A stretch of DNA of 64,000 nucleotides, taken from Syntrophorhabdaceae bacterium (lineage in GTDB: Bacteria > Desulfobacterota > Syntrophorhabdia > Syntrophorhabdales > Syntrophorhabdaceae). Within the stretch, counting starts at the first letter, position 1; every line of letters starts with the position of its first letter. The notes under the pieces were generated by a model. It made no database searches. It was not told the DNA's origin and worked only from the letters and a program-made list of their open reading frames with translations. The stretch spans positions 4,896,001 to 4,960,000 of the forward strand of contig OY762209.1 in assembly GCA_963665295.1 (NCBI GenBank), given 5' to 3'. Position numbers and translations under genes: made by a program. Shown here piece after piece: positions 9,128 through 18,311 of the stretch.

Positions 9128-10366
9128 ATGGATAGTGCAAAGAATAAGGGAAGGATAATGATAATCGGCGCCGGCGGGGTTGCGACCGTGGCAGTTCACA
9201 AGTGTGCCCAAAACCCCCAGGTCTTCAAGGAGATTATGGTGGCAAGCAGGACAGTCTCCAAGTGTGAGGCCATAAAGTCGGATATTCTCGAGAGGTACGG
9301 GAGGGAGATTCAGATTGCCGGGGTCGATGCCGACAACGTACCGGAACTGACCGCACTTATTGAGAGGTTTCAGCCCTACGCCGTCCTCAACCTTGCCCTT
9401 CCCTACCAGGATCTTCACATCATGGATGCCTGTCTCGAGACAGGGGTGCATTACATAGATACCGCCAATTACGAGCCCCCCGACGAGGCCCATTTCGAAT
9501 ACAGTTGGCAGTGGGCCTATCAGGAGAGGTTCAGAGAAAAAGGGATCATGGCGCTCCTCGGTTCGGGGTTCGACCCGGGCGTCACGAACGTCTTTACCGC
9601 CTATGCGTCGAAGCACCTCTTCGACGAAATAGACTACCTCGATATACTCGACTGCAACGCGGGGAGCCACGGACACGCGTTTGCCACAAACTTCAATCCC
9701 GAGATCAATATCCGCGAAGTGACACAGGCCGTGAGGCACTGGGAAGAGGGGAAATGGGTGGAAACACCCGCCATAATAGAGGAGGGCAGTGTCCATTTCG
9801 ATTTCGATTACCCGGTAGCCGGGGTAAAGGACAGCTACCTTCTTTATCACGAAGAACTTGAATCCCTTATCCGGCATATAAAAGGACTGAAAAGGGCCCG
9901 TTTCTGGATGACTTTCTCCGGCAATTACCTCAACCACCTGAGGGTGCTCAAGAGCGTGGGCATGACGAGGATAGACGAGGTCGATTACGAAGGATGCAAG
10001 GTCGTCCCCGTAAAATTTCTCAAGGCCCTCCTCCCTGAACCCGCTTCCCTCGGAACGGGATATACGGGCAAGACGGTTATCGGCAACATCATGACCGGGA
10101 AGAAGGACGGCAAGGCCATGACCAGATATATCTACAACGTGTGCGACCACGAGGAAGCATTCAAGGAAACGGGAACCCAGGCGATCGCTTATACCACGGG
10201 AGTGCCGGCCATGATCGGGGCCATGATGGTGCTCACAGGGGTCTGGCAGGGGACCGGTGTATATAATATAGAACAATTCGACCCTGACCCGTTTATGGAG
10301 GGTTTGAACAGATACGGCCTTCCATGGCAGGTAGTGGAGCATGCCCCCCTCCCCGAAGGGGTCTGA
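9128..10366 (+). CDS. Carboxy(nor)spermidine dehydrogenase (saccharopine dehydrogenase family)
   Basis: IIGAGGVA Rossmann motif, LALPYQDL, DTANYEP, GFDPG, ATNFNPEINIRE; upstream of nspC. Confidence 0.92.
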   Translation: MDSAKNKGRIMIIGAGGVATVAVHKCAQNPQVFKEIMVASRTVSKCEAIKSDILERYGREIQIAGVDADNVPELTALIERFQPYAVLNLALPYQDLHIMDACLETGVHYIDTANYEPPDEAHFEYSWQWAYQERFREKGIMALLGSGFDPGVTNVFTAYASKHLFDEIDYLDILDCNAGSHGHAFATNFNPEINIREVTQAVRHWEEGKWVETPAIIEEGSVHFDFDYPVAGVKDSYLLYHEELESLIRHIKGLKRARFWMTFSGNYLNHLRVLKSVGMTRIDEVDYEGCKVVPVKFLKALLPEPASLGTGYTGKTVIGNIMTGKKDGKAMTRYIYNVCDHEEAFKETGTQAIAYTTGVPAMIGAMMVLTGVWQGTGVYNIEQFDPDPFMEGLNRYGLPWQVVEHAPLPEGV

Positions 10367-10376
10367 AGCCGCCTTC

Positions 10377-11714
10377 ATGGACACCGCCACGCAGATCGAC
10401 GAAATGATCCGGGCAGTTCGGGCCGGGGACGTGTGCGCCGCGGGTAAATATCACGCCTTGTCCGCCGATGCACGGCAAAGGGCGCTCGATGCCCTCGCCG
10501 GGGAGAAGCCGTCACTCACGGCGCTTATCAAAGGCTCCGGAAAGACTGCGTTCGAGGCGGGGGACCGAAGGTTTCTCGAAATTGCCGCCGGCCCCATGGC
10601 GACCCCCGTGTACCTCCTTGACGAAACCCTCATCGAAGAAAACATGCGGGTCATGAGATATGTGAAGGACCGCACGGGTTGCCGGATTTTGCACGCCTTG
10701 AAATCATACGCCTCATTCACCACGTTCCCCCTGATGAGCAGATACCTGGACGGCACGTGCGCAAGCGGCCTCAACGAGGCGAGGCTCGGCCGGGAGGAAT
10801 TCGGAAAAGAGGTATTCACCTTCCAGGCGGCGTACAGAGAGGGCGACATAGGGCCTATACTCAAGTATTCCGACGCCATTATTTTCAACTCCTTCCATCA
10901 ACTCGACAAATATGGGCATATGGCGAAAAGAAAGGGCGTGCAAAGAGGATTGAGGGTAAATCCGGGATATTCCGAGGTGACCACGGACATGTACAACCCC
11001 TGTGCGCCCTGTTCGAGGCTCGGTATCGTCCACGGGGACTTCATCGAGGAATTCCCGAAACGAAAAGAGATGGTGGACGGACTCCACTTCCACGCTATGT
11101 GCGAGCAGAATTCGGATGTCCTCGAAAGGGTCCTGGCGTCCTTCGAGAGACTCTACGGACCGTATATCAAGGGTCTGAAATGGGTCAATTTCGGAGGCGG
11201 TCACCACATAACCCGCGACGATTACGACCTGGAGCGTCTCATCAGGCTCATAAACAGCTTCAAGGAAAGGTACGGGGTGGAGGTATACCTCGAACCCGGC
11301 GAAGCGAGCGTCTATCACGGGGGTGTTCTTATCTCGTCCGTCCTCGACATAGCGCGGAACGAAATGGAGATCGCCATAATAGACGCCTCGGCGGAAGCGC
11401 ATATGCCCGATGTGCTGCTCATGCCCTACAGGCCATATATAATGGGGTCGGGCCTGCCGGGCGAGAAGGAATATACCTACAGGATCGCGGGACCAAGCTG
11501 CCTCGCAGGAGACGTGGTGGGCGACTATTCCTTCGATCGGCCTTTAAAAAGGGGGGACAGGCTGGTTTTTTCGGATATGGCCCTCTACAGCATCGTAAAG
11601 AACACTACCTTTAACGGGATAAACCTCCCCGACATCGCAGCAATAAGGGATGGAGGACGGGTGGAGACGGTGCGGAAGTTCGGTTACAGGGATTACAAAG
11701 GAAGGCAATCGTAA
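10377..11714 (+). CDS. nspC: Carboxy(nor)spermidine decarboxylase
   Basis: ALK PLP lysine, ASGLNEA, GLHFH..CEQ, NFGGGHHIT, LEPGEA, CLAGD, KNTTFNG. Start uncertain. Confidence 0.93.
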   Translation: MDTATQIDEMIRAVRAGDVCAAGKYHALSADARQRALDALAGEKPSLTALIKGSGKTAFEAGDRRFLEIAAGPMATPVYLLDETLIEENMRVMRYVKDRTGCRILHALKSYASFTTFPLMSRYLDGTCASGLNEARLGREEFGKEVFTFQAAYREGDIGPILKYSDAIIFNSFHQLDKYGHMAKRKGVQRGLRVNPGYSEVTTDMYNPCAPCSRLGIVHGDFIEEFPKRKEMVDGLHFHAMCEQNSDVLERVLASFERLYGPYIKGLKWVNFGGGHHITRDDYDLERLIRLINSFKERYGVEVYLEPGEASVYHGGVLISSVLDIARNEMEIAIIDASAEAHMPDVLLMPYRPYIMGSGLPGEKEYTYRIAGPSCLAGDVVGDYSFDRPLKRGDRLVFSDMALYSIVKNTTFNGINLPDIAAIRDGGRVETVRKFGYRDYKGRQS

Positions 11715-11798
11715 GACGGGGCCCTTTTTGCAACTCCCCGTTTTATCAGGCAACAGAAGGACCGGTTCGCCGGACAAAGAGAGAAGGAGGCTCACACA

Positions 11799-12242
11799 AT
11801 GAAGATCGACATTACCAAAGAGCAGTATGAAACGCTGATGAAAACCGTGTACCTGGCGAACTGGATGGCCGGTTCCGCGCAGGACGAACCGGATCAGGAA
11901 TTCGAGGGTTTCGAGCAGTATGTACTCTCCCTCGCGAAGGATTTCGGACTCGACGCGTACAGCGCCTTTGACGAAGAAGGGAAACTCTACTACCCCACAG
12001 AGGAATTCGAGGAAAAGACGGGCATTGTGGACACCATAGGAAACTACAACATGTATGCCGTGTGGGAAGAAATGGTCCTCTCCCTCTCAAGGCGCGACCT
12101 TATGGCCGAGTTCGGTGAAGATGCCGTTTCAGCCATGTCCGAAGAGGAACTCATGGAAAAGGAATACCCCTACATCCTGAAGTACGAAGAGGAATTCAGG
12201 GAAAACGGCTTTCAAAACCTCTTCCTGTCGAAGAAGGAATAG
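11799..12242 (+). CDS. Hypothetical acidic protein
   Basis: AGGAGG RBS, 147-aa ORF with coding-like bias. Confidence 0.8.
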   Translation: MKIDITKEQYETLMKTVYLANWMAGSAQDEPDQEFEGFEQYVLSLAKDFGLDAYSAFDEEGKLYYPTEEFEEKTGIVDTIGNYNMYAVWEEMVLSLSRRDLMAEFGEDAVSAMSEEELMEKEYPYILKYEEEFRENGFQNLFLSKKE

Positions 12243-12272
12243 GGCCGCCTCTGCCGGGGAGTCCCAAAAGTC

Positions 12273-12301
12273 TTGATAATTTGCGAAGTTGAGGTTATAA
12301 T
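12273..12301 (+). promoter_or_regulatory. Sigma70 promoter of tig-clpP-clpX
   Basis: TTGATA-N17-TATAAT. Confidence 0.7.
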
Positions 12302-12364
12302 AACGTCGAATAAATAATAATCGAAACGGAATAAGTCCGCTCGCATATTTTCCTGGAGGAACGC

Positions 12365-13651
12365 ATGAAGGTTGAAGTTACGAGTGTTGATCAGGTAAGG
12401 AAGAAGGTAGAAGTGATTCTTCCAGAAGAGAAGGTAAAAGATATTGAGAATGAAATATATGACGAGCTCAAGAAACAGGCGAAGATAAAAGGTTTCCGGC
12501 CCGGCAAAACTCCCAGATCGATCATAGCAGCCTATTACAAGGACTATATCGAGGAAGAGGTAAAGAAAAGGATGGTCCAGTCCACCATGGGAGAAGCCCT
12601 TTCCAAGGCAGAAGTAGCGCCTCTCACGGAACCCATTGTAGATTTCATCGACAATGACGGACAGCATGGATATACCCTCGAGTGCGAAATAGAGCCCGAG
12701 ATCGAACTCCCCGAGTACAAAGGCATCCAGGTGGAAACGGCCAAAATAGCGGTCACCGATGAGGAAGTCGCGGAAAGGATTGAGAAGCTCCGGAATATGC
12801 ATGCGGAGATGCGCATGAAGGAAGGAGATGCGGGCGCACAGAAGGGAGATTTCGTCATCATCAAATATCAGGGCTATATGGACGGCAAACCCGTACCTGA
12901 GATCGCCACTGAAGGATATCCCCTTGAAATGGGCACCACAACCCTGCTTCCGGAATTCGAGGCCGCCCTCATCGGTTTGAAAGCCGGTGACGAAAAAGAG
13001 GTGACCATTGATTTCCCGGAAGACTATCCCGACACCAGCATCGCGTCCAAGACCATTGTCTTCCAAGTAACGGTTAAGGAGATCAGGGAGAAGGTGCTGC
13101 CCGACCTGAACGAGGAACTCGCGAAAGACCTTTCTTTCGAGTCCGTGGAAGGTCTGAAGGAAAGCATAGTAAAGGACATTGAAACGGAAAAGAAGGACCT
13201 CGATAAGAGAAGCGTGACCCAGCAGATTATAACCTCCCTTATCGCCGCCTCCGACGTGCCTGTGCCCCAGCGACTCCTCGAGAGAAGGATAGAGTCCATG
13301 GTGGACGAGGCAAAATCACGGTTCCAGGGACAGGGGGCGCCCAAACTAGGCGCCGAAGAGGAAAGGGCCCTTGACGAAAACCTGAAGAAAGAGTTCGCTT
13401 CGAGGGCATTGGACCGGATAAAAGCGGAGATAATCCTCACCAAGATTGCAAGAAAAGAAGAGATAAAAGTAACCGACGAAGAAGTCGAGGAAAAGATAAA
13501 GAAGTTTGCTGAAGATTCGAGACGGCCCTATGCGGAAGTTTTCGGGTTCTATCAGCAGTATGGCCTCATCAACAGCCTCAGGCAGAGCATCATAGAGGAA
13601 AAGGCCGTCGATATGGTCAGGGAACATGCAGTGGCAAAGGAGAAGGAATGA
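12365..13651 (+). CDS. tig: Trigger factor
   Basis: GFRPGK ribosome-binding signature, FKBP domain, precedes clpP. Confidence 0.97.
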   Translation: MKVEVTSVDQVRKKVEVILPEEKVKDIENEIYDELKKQAKIKGFRPGKTPRSIIAAYYKDYIEEEVKKRMVQSTMGEALSKAEVAPLTEPIVDFIDNDGQHGYTLECEIEPEIELPEYKGIQVETAKIAVTDEEVAERIEKLRNMHAEMRMKEGDAGAQKGDFVIIKYQGYMDGKPVPEIATEGYPLEMGTTTLLPEFEAALIGLKAGDEKEVTIDFPEDYPDTSIASKTIVFQVTVKEIREKVLPDLNEELAKDLSFESVEGLKESIVKDIETEKKDLDKRSVTQQIITSLIAASDVPVPQRLLERRIESMVDEAKSRFQGQGAPKLGAEEERALDENLKKEFASRALDRIKAEIILTKIARKEEIKVTDEEVEEKIKKFAEDSRRPYAEVFGFYQQYGLINSLRQSIIEEKAVDMVREHAVAKEKE

Positions 13652-14232
13652 ATCTTGTACCAATAGTAATTGAGAAAGACGGCAGAGGAGAGCGGGCTTA
13701 TGACATCTACTCCAAACTGCTGAAGGAAAGGATCGTGTTTCTGGGGTCGGCCATCGATGACAACGTGGCCAACATCGTTATCGCCCAGTTGCTGTTCCTT
13801 GAGTCGGAAGACCCGACAAGAGAAATATCCATGTACATAAACAGTCCCGGCGGCTACATCACCAGCGGGCTCGCCATATACGATACAATGCAGTACATCA
13901 AGTCCCCCGTAGCTACCATGTGTCTCGGTCAGGCGGCGAGTATGGCGGCGGTGCTTCTCGGCGCGGGAGAAAAAGGCAAGCGATATGCCCTCCCCCATTC
14001 AAGGGTGCTCATCCACCAGCCTCTCGGCGGAGCCCAGGGACAGGCAACCGATATCGGTATCCAGGCGAAGGAGATACTCCGGACGAGAGAAGAGCTGAAT
14101 GACATCCTGGCGCGTCACACAGGTCAGAACATCGAGCGGATTGTGCAGGACACGGAGAGAGATTTTTACATGACTGCCCCACAAGCCCTCGAATATGGTA
14201 TTATAGATGAGATAGTGGAGAAACGGAAATGA
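13648..14232 (+). CDS. clpP: Clp protease proteolytic subunit
   Basis: YINSPGG, QAASM, IHQPLGG. Confidence 0.98.
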   Translation: MNLVPIVIEKDGRGERAYDIYSKLLKERIVFLGSAIDDNVANIVIAQLLFLESEDPTREISMYINSPGGYITSGLAIYDTMQYIKSPVATMCLGQAASMAAVLLGAGEKGKRYALPHSRVLIHQPLGGAQGQATDIGIQAKEILRTREELNDILARHTGQNIERIVQDTERDFYMTAPQALEYGIIDEIVEKRK

Positions 14233-15488
14233 CGATGATCAAGAAAAATAACGGGAGGACGATGAAATTGCATTGTTCTTTTTGCGGTAAGAGCCAGGAT
14301 GAAGTAAAAAAGCTGATTGCAGGCCCCATGGTCTACATCTGCAACGAATGCATTGAACTCTGCAATGAGATCATACAGGACGAGGCAAAGAAGGAAAGGT
14401 TCGACTATATAAAGACGTCCATACCGAAACCTCATGAGATCAGGAAGCTTCTCGATGAGTACGTCATCGGTCAGGATTATGCCAAAAAGATCCTTTCGGT
14501 GGCGGTGTACAACCACTACAAGAGGATTGAAGCGAAGTCCACCTTCGACGACATTGAGATCCAGAAGAGCAACATTCTCATGATCGGGCCCACGGGCTCC
14601 GGAAAAACACTCCTGGCCCAGACCCTTGCCAAGGTGCTCCACGTCCCCTTCACCATAGCGGACGCCACCACCCTTACAGAGGCCGGGTATGTAGGTGAAG
14701 ATGTTGAAAACATCATTCTCTACCTGCTCCAGGCGGCGGATTATAACATCGAGAAGGCGGAAAGGGGCATCGTGTACATTGACGAAATCGATAAGATCTC
14801 GCGCAAGACAGACAGCCCTTCCATTACAAGGGACGTATCCGGAGAGGGCGTCCAGCAGGCCCTTCTCAAGATCATCGAAGGGACCGTCGCCAACGTGCCG
14901 CCCAAGGGCGGGAGGAAGCACCCTCAGCAGGATTACATCAAGGTAGACACCACAAATATCCTCTTTATCTGCGGTGGGGCCTTTAACAGCGTGGACTCCA
15001 TCGTCGCCGGCCGGATCGGCAAGAAAGGACTCGGCTTCGGCGTTGACATCGAAGGTGGTCGCGACAAGCTGTATTCCGAGTTGATGAGGGAGATCCAGCC
15101 CGAGGATCTGCTGAAATACGGGTTGATCCCCGAGTTCATAGGAAGGCTGCCTATCATCGCAACCCTCGACGAACTGAGCGAAGACAACCTCGTCGAGATC
15201 GTGAAGAGACCGAAGAACGCCATTTCGAAGCAGTACAAGAAACTCTTCGAGTTGGAAAATGTGAAGCTCACCTTTACGGAAGGCGCACTCCGTGGCATCG
15301 CCCGGGAAGCCATGAAGAAAAAAACGGGCGCCAGGGGCTTGAGGTCCATCATGGAGAAGGTCATGCTCGACGTCATGTATGAAATTCCCACGCTCTCCAA
15401 CGTGAAGGAATGCGTGGTGAACGAAGATGTCATCATGAACCACGAAAGACCGATAATGATATACGAGGAAGAAGCAGAGATTGCATAA
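14229..15488 (+). CDS. clpX: ClpX ATPase
   Basis: CSFCGK...CNEC zinc finger, [23 protein letters not shown]. Confidence 0.98.
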   Translation: MTMIKKNNGRTMKLHCSFCGKSQDEVKKLIAGPMVYICNECIELCNEIIQDEAKKERFDYIKTSIPKPHEIRKLLDEYVIGQDYAKKILSVAVYNHYKRIEAKSTFDDIEIQKSNILMIGPTGSGKTLLAQTLAKVLHVPFTIADATTLTEAGYVGEDVENIILYLLQAADYNIEKAERGIVYIDEIDKISRKTDSPSITRDVSGEGVQQALLKIIEGTVANVPPKGGRKHPQQDYIKVDTTNILFICGGAFNSVDSIVAGRIGKKGLGFGVDIEGGRDKLYSELMREIQPEDLLKYGLIPEFIGRLPIIATLDELSEDNLVEIVKRPKNAISKQYKKLFELENVKLTFTEGALRGIAREAMKKKTGARGLRSIMEKVMLDVMYEIPTLSNVKECVVNEDVIMNHERPIMIYEEEAEIA

Positions 15489-15504
15489 ACGGGGCATTGA
15501 ACCG

Positions 15505-15533
15505 TTGACTTTTCCGCCCGAAGCTGCTATAGT
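15505..15533 (+). promoter_or_regulatory. tRNA operon promoter
   Basis: TTGACT-N17-TATAGT with extended TG. Confidence 0.7.
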
Positions 15534-15548
15534 TACCAACAGTGCAGC

Positions 15549-15623
15549 GGGCGGGTAGCTCAGCGGGAGAGCATCGGCCTTACAAGCCGGGGGTCGCAGG
15601 TTCAAAACCTGTCCCGCCTACCA
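15549..15623 (+). tRNA. tRNA-Val(TAC)
   Basis: GGGCGGG/CCCGCCT acceptor stem, TAC anticodon, GGTTCAAA T-loop, CCA end. Confidence 0.97.
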
Positions 15624-15638
15624 TACATAGAATATCAC

Positions 15639-15716
<78 letters not shown>

Positions 15717-15727
15717 TTTAAGTGGCA

Positions 15728-15762
15728 ACAGGAGGTCAGTTTTTCTGACCTCCTGTTTTTTT
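15728..15762 (+). terminator. Rho-independent terminator
   Basis: aacaggaggtcag/ctgacctcctgtt hairpin followed by a T run. Confidence 0.9.
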
Positions 15763-15903
15763 GTGCCGCCATGGGGACGATTAGCCCGTTTCTCCCCCCT
15801 CCTGAAGCGTGTTCCTTTCTCTTTCCCCGAGCCACGGGGTCCTGTGTTTTTCTTCTTGACCTTTGCCTCCATTTTGCAAGATATTTATGGAAAGGGGAAG
15901 AAG

Positions 15904-16209
15904 ATCAAGAAATCGAAAGCAGTCACTTTAATCCTTCTCACAGGGAGCCTCCTCCTTGGTTGCGAGGACAAGGTCAGGAATCGATACGCCAGTTGGGACG
16001 ACTGCGTAAAGGATTACCGTGACCCCTCCAAGTGTGAGTCGGACCGGACTTACGCGACAGGCGGCTCTTATCACACGGTCTACTACGGCCCCTGGTACCG
16101 CCCGTCTCGCTCCTATGATTACTCGCGCAATCCCTCGGTCCTTACCGGACGTGCCATCGGCGTTACGCGGGGCGGCTTTGGCGGAACCGGAGCCCATGCC
16201 TCGTCCTGA
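15904..16209 (+). CDS. YgiB/DUF1190-like lipoprotein (start uncertain)
   Basis: KKSKAVTLILLTGSLLLGC lipobox, RYASWDDC, C-terminal RGGFG; upstream of a ygiC-like gene. Confidence 0.75.
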   Translation: MKKSKAVTLILLTGSLLLGCEDKVRNRYASWDDCVKDYRDPSKCESDRTYATGGSYHTVYYGPWYRPSRSYDYSRNPSVLTGRAIGVTRGGFGGTGAHASS

Positions 16210-16221
16210 GACCTGCACGCC

Positions 16222-17340
16222 ATGATAAGAAGACCTGTGCCATTCATCCGCAAGGACTGGAAGAAGAAAGTGGAAGAGATCGGATTCCATTTCTACGAAG
16301 TGGACGGACTTCCCTACTGGGACGAATCGGCCTACTATGAGTTCACCTCCGGTGAAGTCGACCGGATGGAAAAGGCGACGGAAAATCTTTATGAAATGTG
16401 TCTGTCCCTTGTGGAAAAGGTGATACGCGACAACCTCTTCGAGAGACTGGCTATACCGGAACGGTTCCGTGAGTATGTGGTCGCTTCCTGGAAGGGACGG
16501 CAAACCAGTATCTATGGGAGGTTCGATCTCGTCTACGACGGCAGATCGGAGCCGAAACTCCTCGAGTTCAATGCGGATACCCCAACCGCCCTCTTCGAAG
16601 CGAGCGTGGTTCAGTATTACTGGCTCCAGGACTTCGATTCCTCAAAAGACCAGTTCAACTCCATCCACGAAAAGCTGCTCGCCCTCATGGAAAAACAGGT
16701 GAAGAAGACGGCAGGGGATAGCATCGTCTATTTCTCCTCGGTAAGAGACAGCCTCGAAGATTACACCACCACGGAGTATCTCCGCGATGTGGCCATGCAG
16801 GCCGGCATAGAGACAGAGCAGATATTCATCGACGCCATCGGCTACGATCATGACTACAAGAGGTTCGTCGACCTTGGAGAGAAGCCGATACAATACCTTT
16901 TCAAACTCTACCCCTGGGAATGGATGCTCGCCGAAGAGTTTGCCGAATACCTTCCTGCCTCCCATATTACGCTCTTCGAGCCTCCCTGGAAGATGATCCT
17001 GAGCAACAAGGCAATCCTGCCCCTTCTCTGGGAGATGTACCCGGATCATGAGAATCTGCTTCCCGCTTTTTTTGCGCCGCCGAACAGGTATGTCCCTTTT
17101 GTCGAAAAACCGTTTTTTTCGAGAGAAGGGCAGGATATCACGGTGGACACCCGGTTCCCGGAGGTAAAAAACCGGGCGATCTATCAGAAGTATTGTGAGC
17201 TCCCCGAATTCTCAGGCAATTACCCGGTAATAGGCTCCTGGATCATCGGGTCGGAAGCCGCCGGTATAGGCATCAGGGAAGATACCACACCCATCACGAA
17301 CAACCTGAGTAGATTTGTGCCGCATCTTTTCATTGAATAG
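16222..17340 (+). CDS. Glutathionylspermidine synthase-like ATP-grasp protein (YgiC family)
   Basis: YWDESAYY, YGRFDL, LEFNADTPT, FKLYPWEW, EPPWKMILSNK, GIRED. Confidence 0.93.
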   Translation: MIRRPVPFIRKDWKKKVEEIGFHFYEVDGLPYWDESAYYEFTSGEVDRMEKATENLYEMCLSLVEKVIRDNLFERLAIPERFREYVVASWKGRQTSIYGRFDLVYDGRSEPKLLEFNADTPTALFEASVVQYYWLQDFDSSKDQFNSIHEKLLALMEKQVKKTAGDSIVYFSSVRDSLEDYTTTEYLRDVAMQAGIETEQIFIDAIGYDHDYKRFVDLGEKPIQYLFKLYPWEWMLAEEFAEYLPASHITLFEPPWKMILSNKAILPLLWEMYPDHENLLPAFFAPPNRYVPFVEKPFFSREGQDITVDTRFPEVKNRAIYQKYCELPEFSGNYPVIGSWIIGSEAAGIGIREDTTPITNNLSRFVPHLFIE

Positions 17341-17371
17341 GCTCATAAATCCATAGAGGGAGGGGGCAAGA

Positions 17372-17809
17372 ATGGCCTACAACGAAAACACCTGCAAATA
17401 CGAATTCAATGAAAGTGAAAACCTTGTGTTTTCCGTGCTCTCAAAACACCTTCGCAGGTTGGGGGTCGCGGTGCTCATAGGGGGATTGCTCTTCGTGGCC
17501 TATCTTATCGTCTCCTTTATCGACCCCATATCGCTCGTTGAGGTGTCGGCCACCCAGAATATGGTCCTCTCCACCGTAGATTATGCCCTCTGGGCCCTTA
17601 TCGCGCTCCTTGTGATCTATCTGAGCATCATGACTATCCATATGGCGAAGCCCGTCAGGCTCATAGCGGATACCACCGGCGCCGACATCACCCTTCTCAT
17701 GGACTTTCTCGACCACCTTTCCCGGGTGTCGGGGACCTCTTTCCGGGCCCTGATCGCAATATGCATCCTCATGGCAGCGAGCCTCGTCCTCCTCATCCTG
17801 GTGTTTTAA
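17372..17809 (+). CDS. Hypothetical membrane protein (3 TM)
   Basis: GGAGG RBS, three hydrophobic segments. Confidence 0.75.
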   Translation: MAYNENTCKYEFNESENLVFSVLSKHLRRLGVAVLIGGLLFVAYLIVSFIDPISLVEVSATQNMVLSTVDYALWALIALLVIYLSIMTIHMAKPVRLIADTTGADITLLMDFLDHLSRVSGTSFRALIAICILMAASLVLLILVF

Positions 17810-17969
17810 GGCGGTGTGACGCGGATAACGGGGCTGACCCGTGGGAGAGCCGGAAGAGCGGCCTCCAGGTTGACGCCGCATCTTTCCATAATGAAAAGGC
17901 CTGTTTTACATAATTCAAACTGATTTTTTCAACTCTGCCCTGCGTGAAGACCCTTCTAAGTCCTTACTA

Positions 17970-18019
17970 TGTGAAATAACTCACTAATTTTCTTTCATGA
18001 TCTTGGCATAAGGTTTGCA
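17970..18019 (+). promoter_or_regulatory. Sigma54 promoter with upstream CRP/Rex-like palindrome
   Basis: TTGGCATAAGGTTTGCA (GG-N10-GC) 18003-18019; TGTGA-N6-TCACT 17970-17985. Confidence 0.7.
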
Positions 18020-18311
18020 AAACTCAACAGGCATATGGGACAAGGAGCATCATGAGTGAACCCTTGCGGTCATGCCCGTGATGCGTAGCCCGGCTCTCGT
18101 TCCACCGGGTTCAGTCCGCCCTGTACGGTATAGGCGCTTCGCAGGAGTTATGTCGTTATGGTGCCTCTCTCTCCTTTTCAAAAGGCGTGGGCGCCGCCCC
18201 GGAGGGCTCCATGAACCTGTCGCAGACTTCCTGCGGTGATCGCGTAGCAACCCGATGTGTTGATGAGGCCGGAAATGTCACAGGCACACTATATTACAGG
18301 AGGCGCACGAG

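Noticed and set aside
9047..10390. Long antisense ORFs (also 14166-15605, 20037-21719, 35646-36827, 36688-38148, 45246-46499, 56326-57513)
   Set aside because: Shadows of well-supported genes in GC-rich DNA; no motifs or RBS.
15717..17809. Integrative element at tRNA-Asp
   Set aside because: No integrase and no duplicated tRNA 3' end; a normal terminator follows the tRNA.
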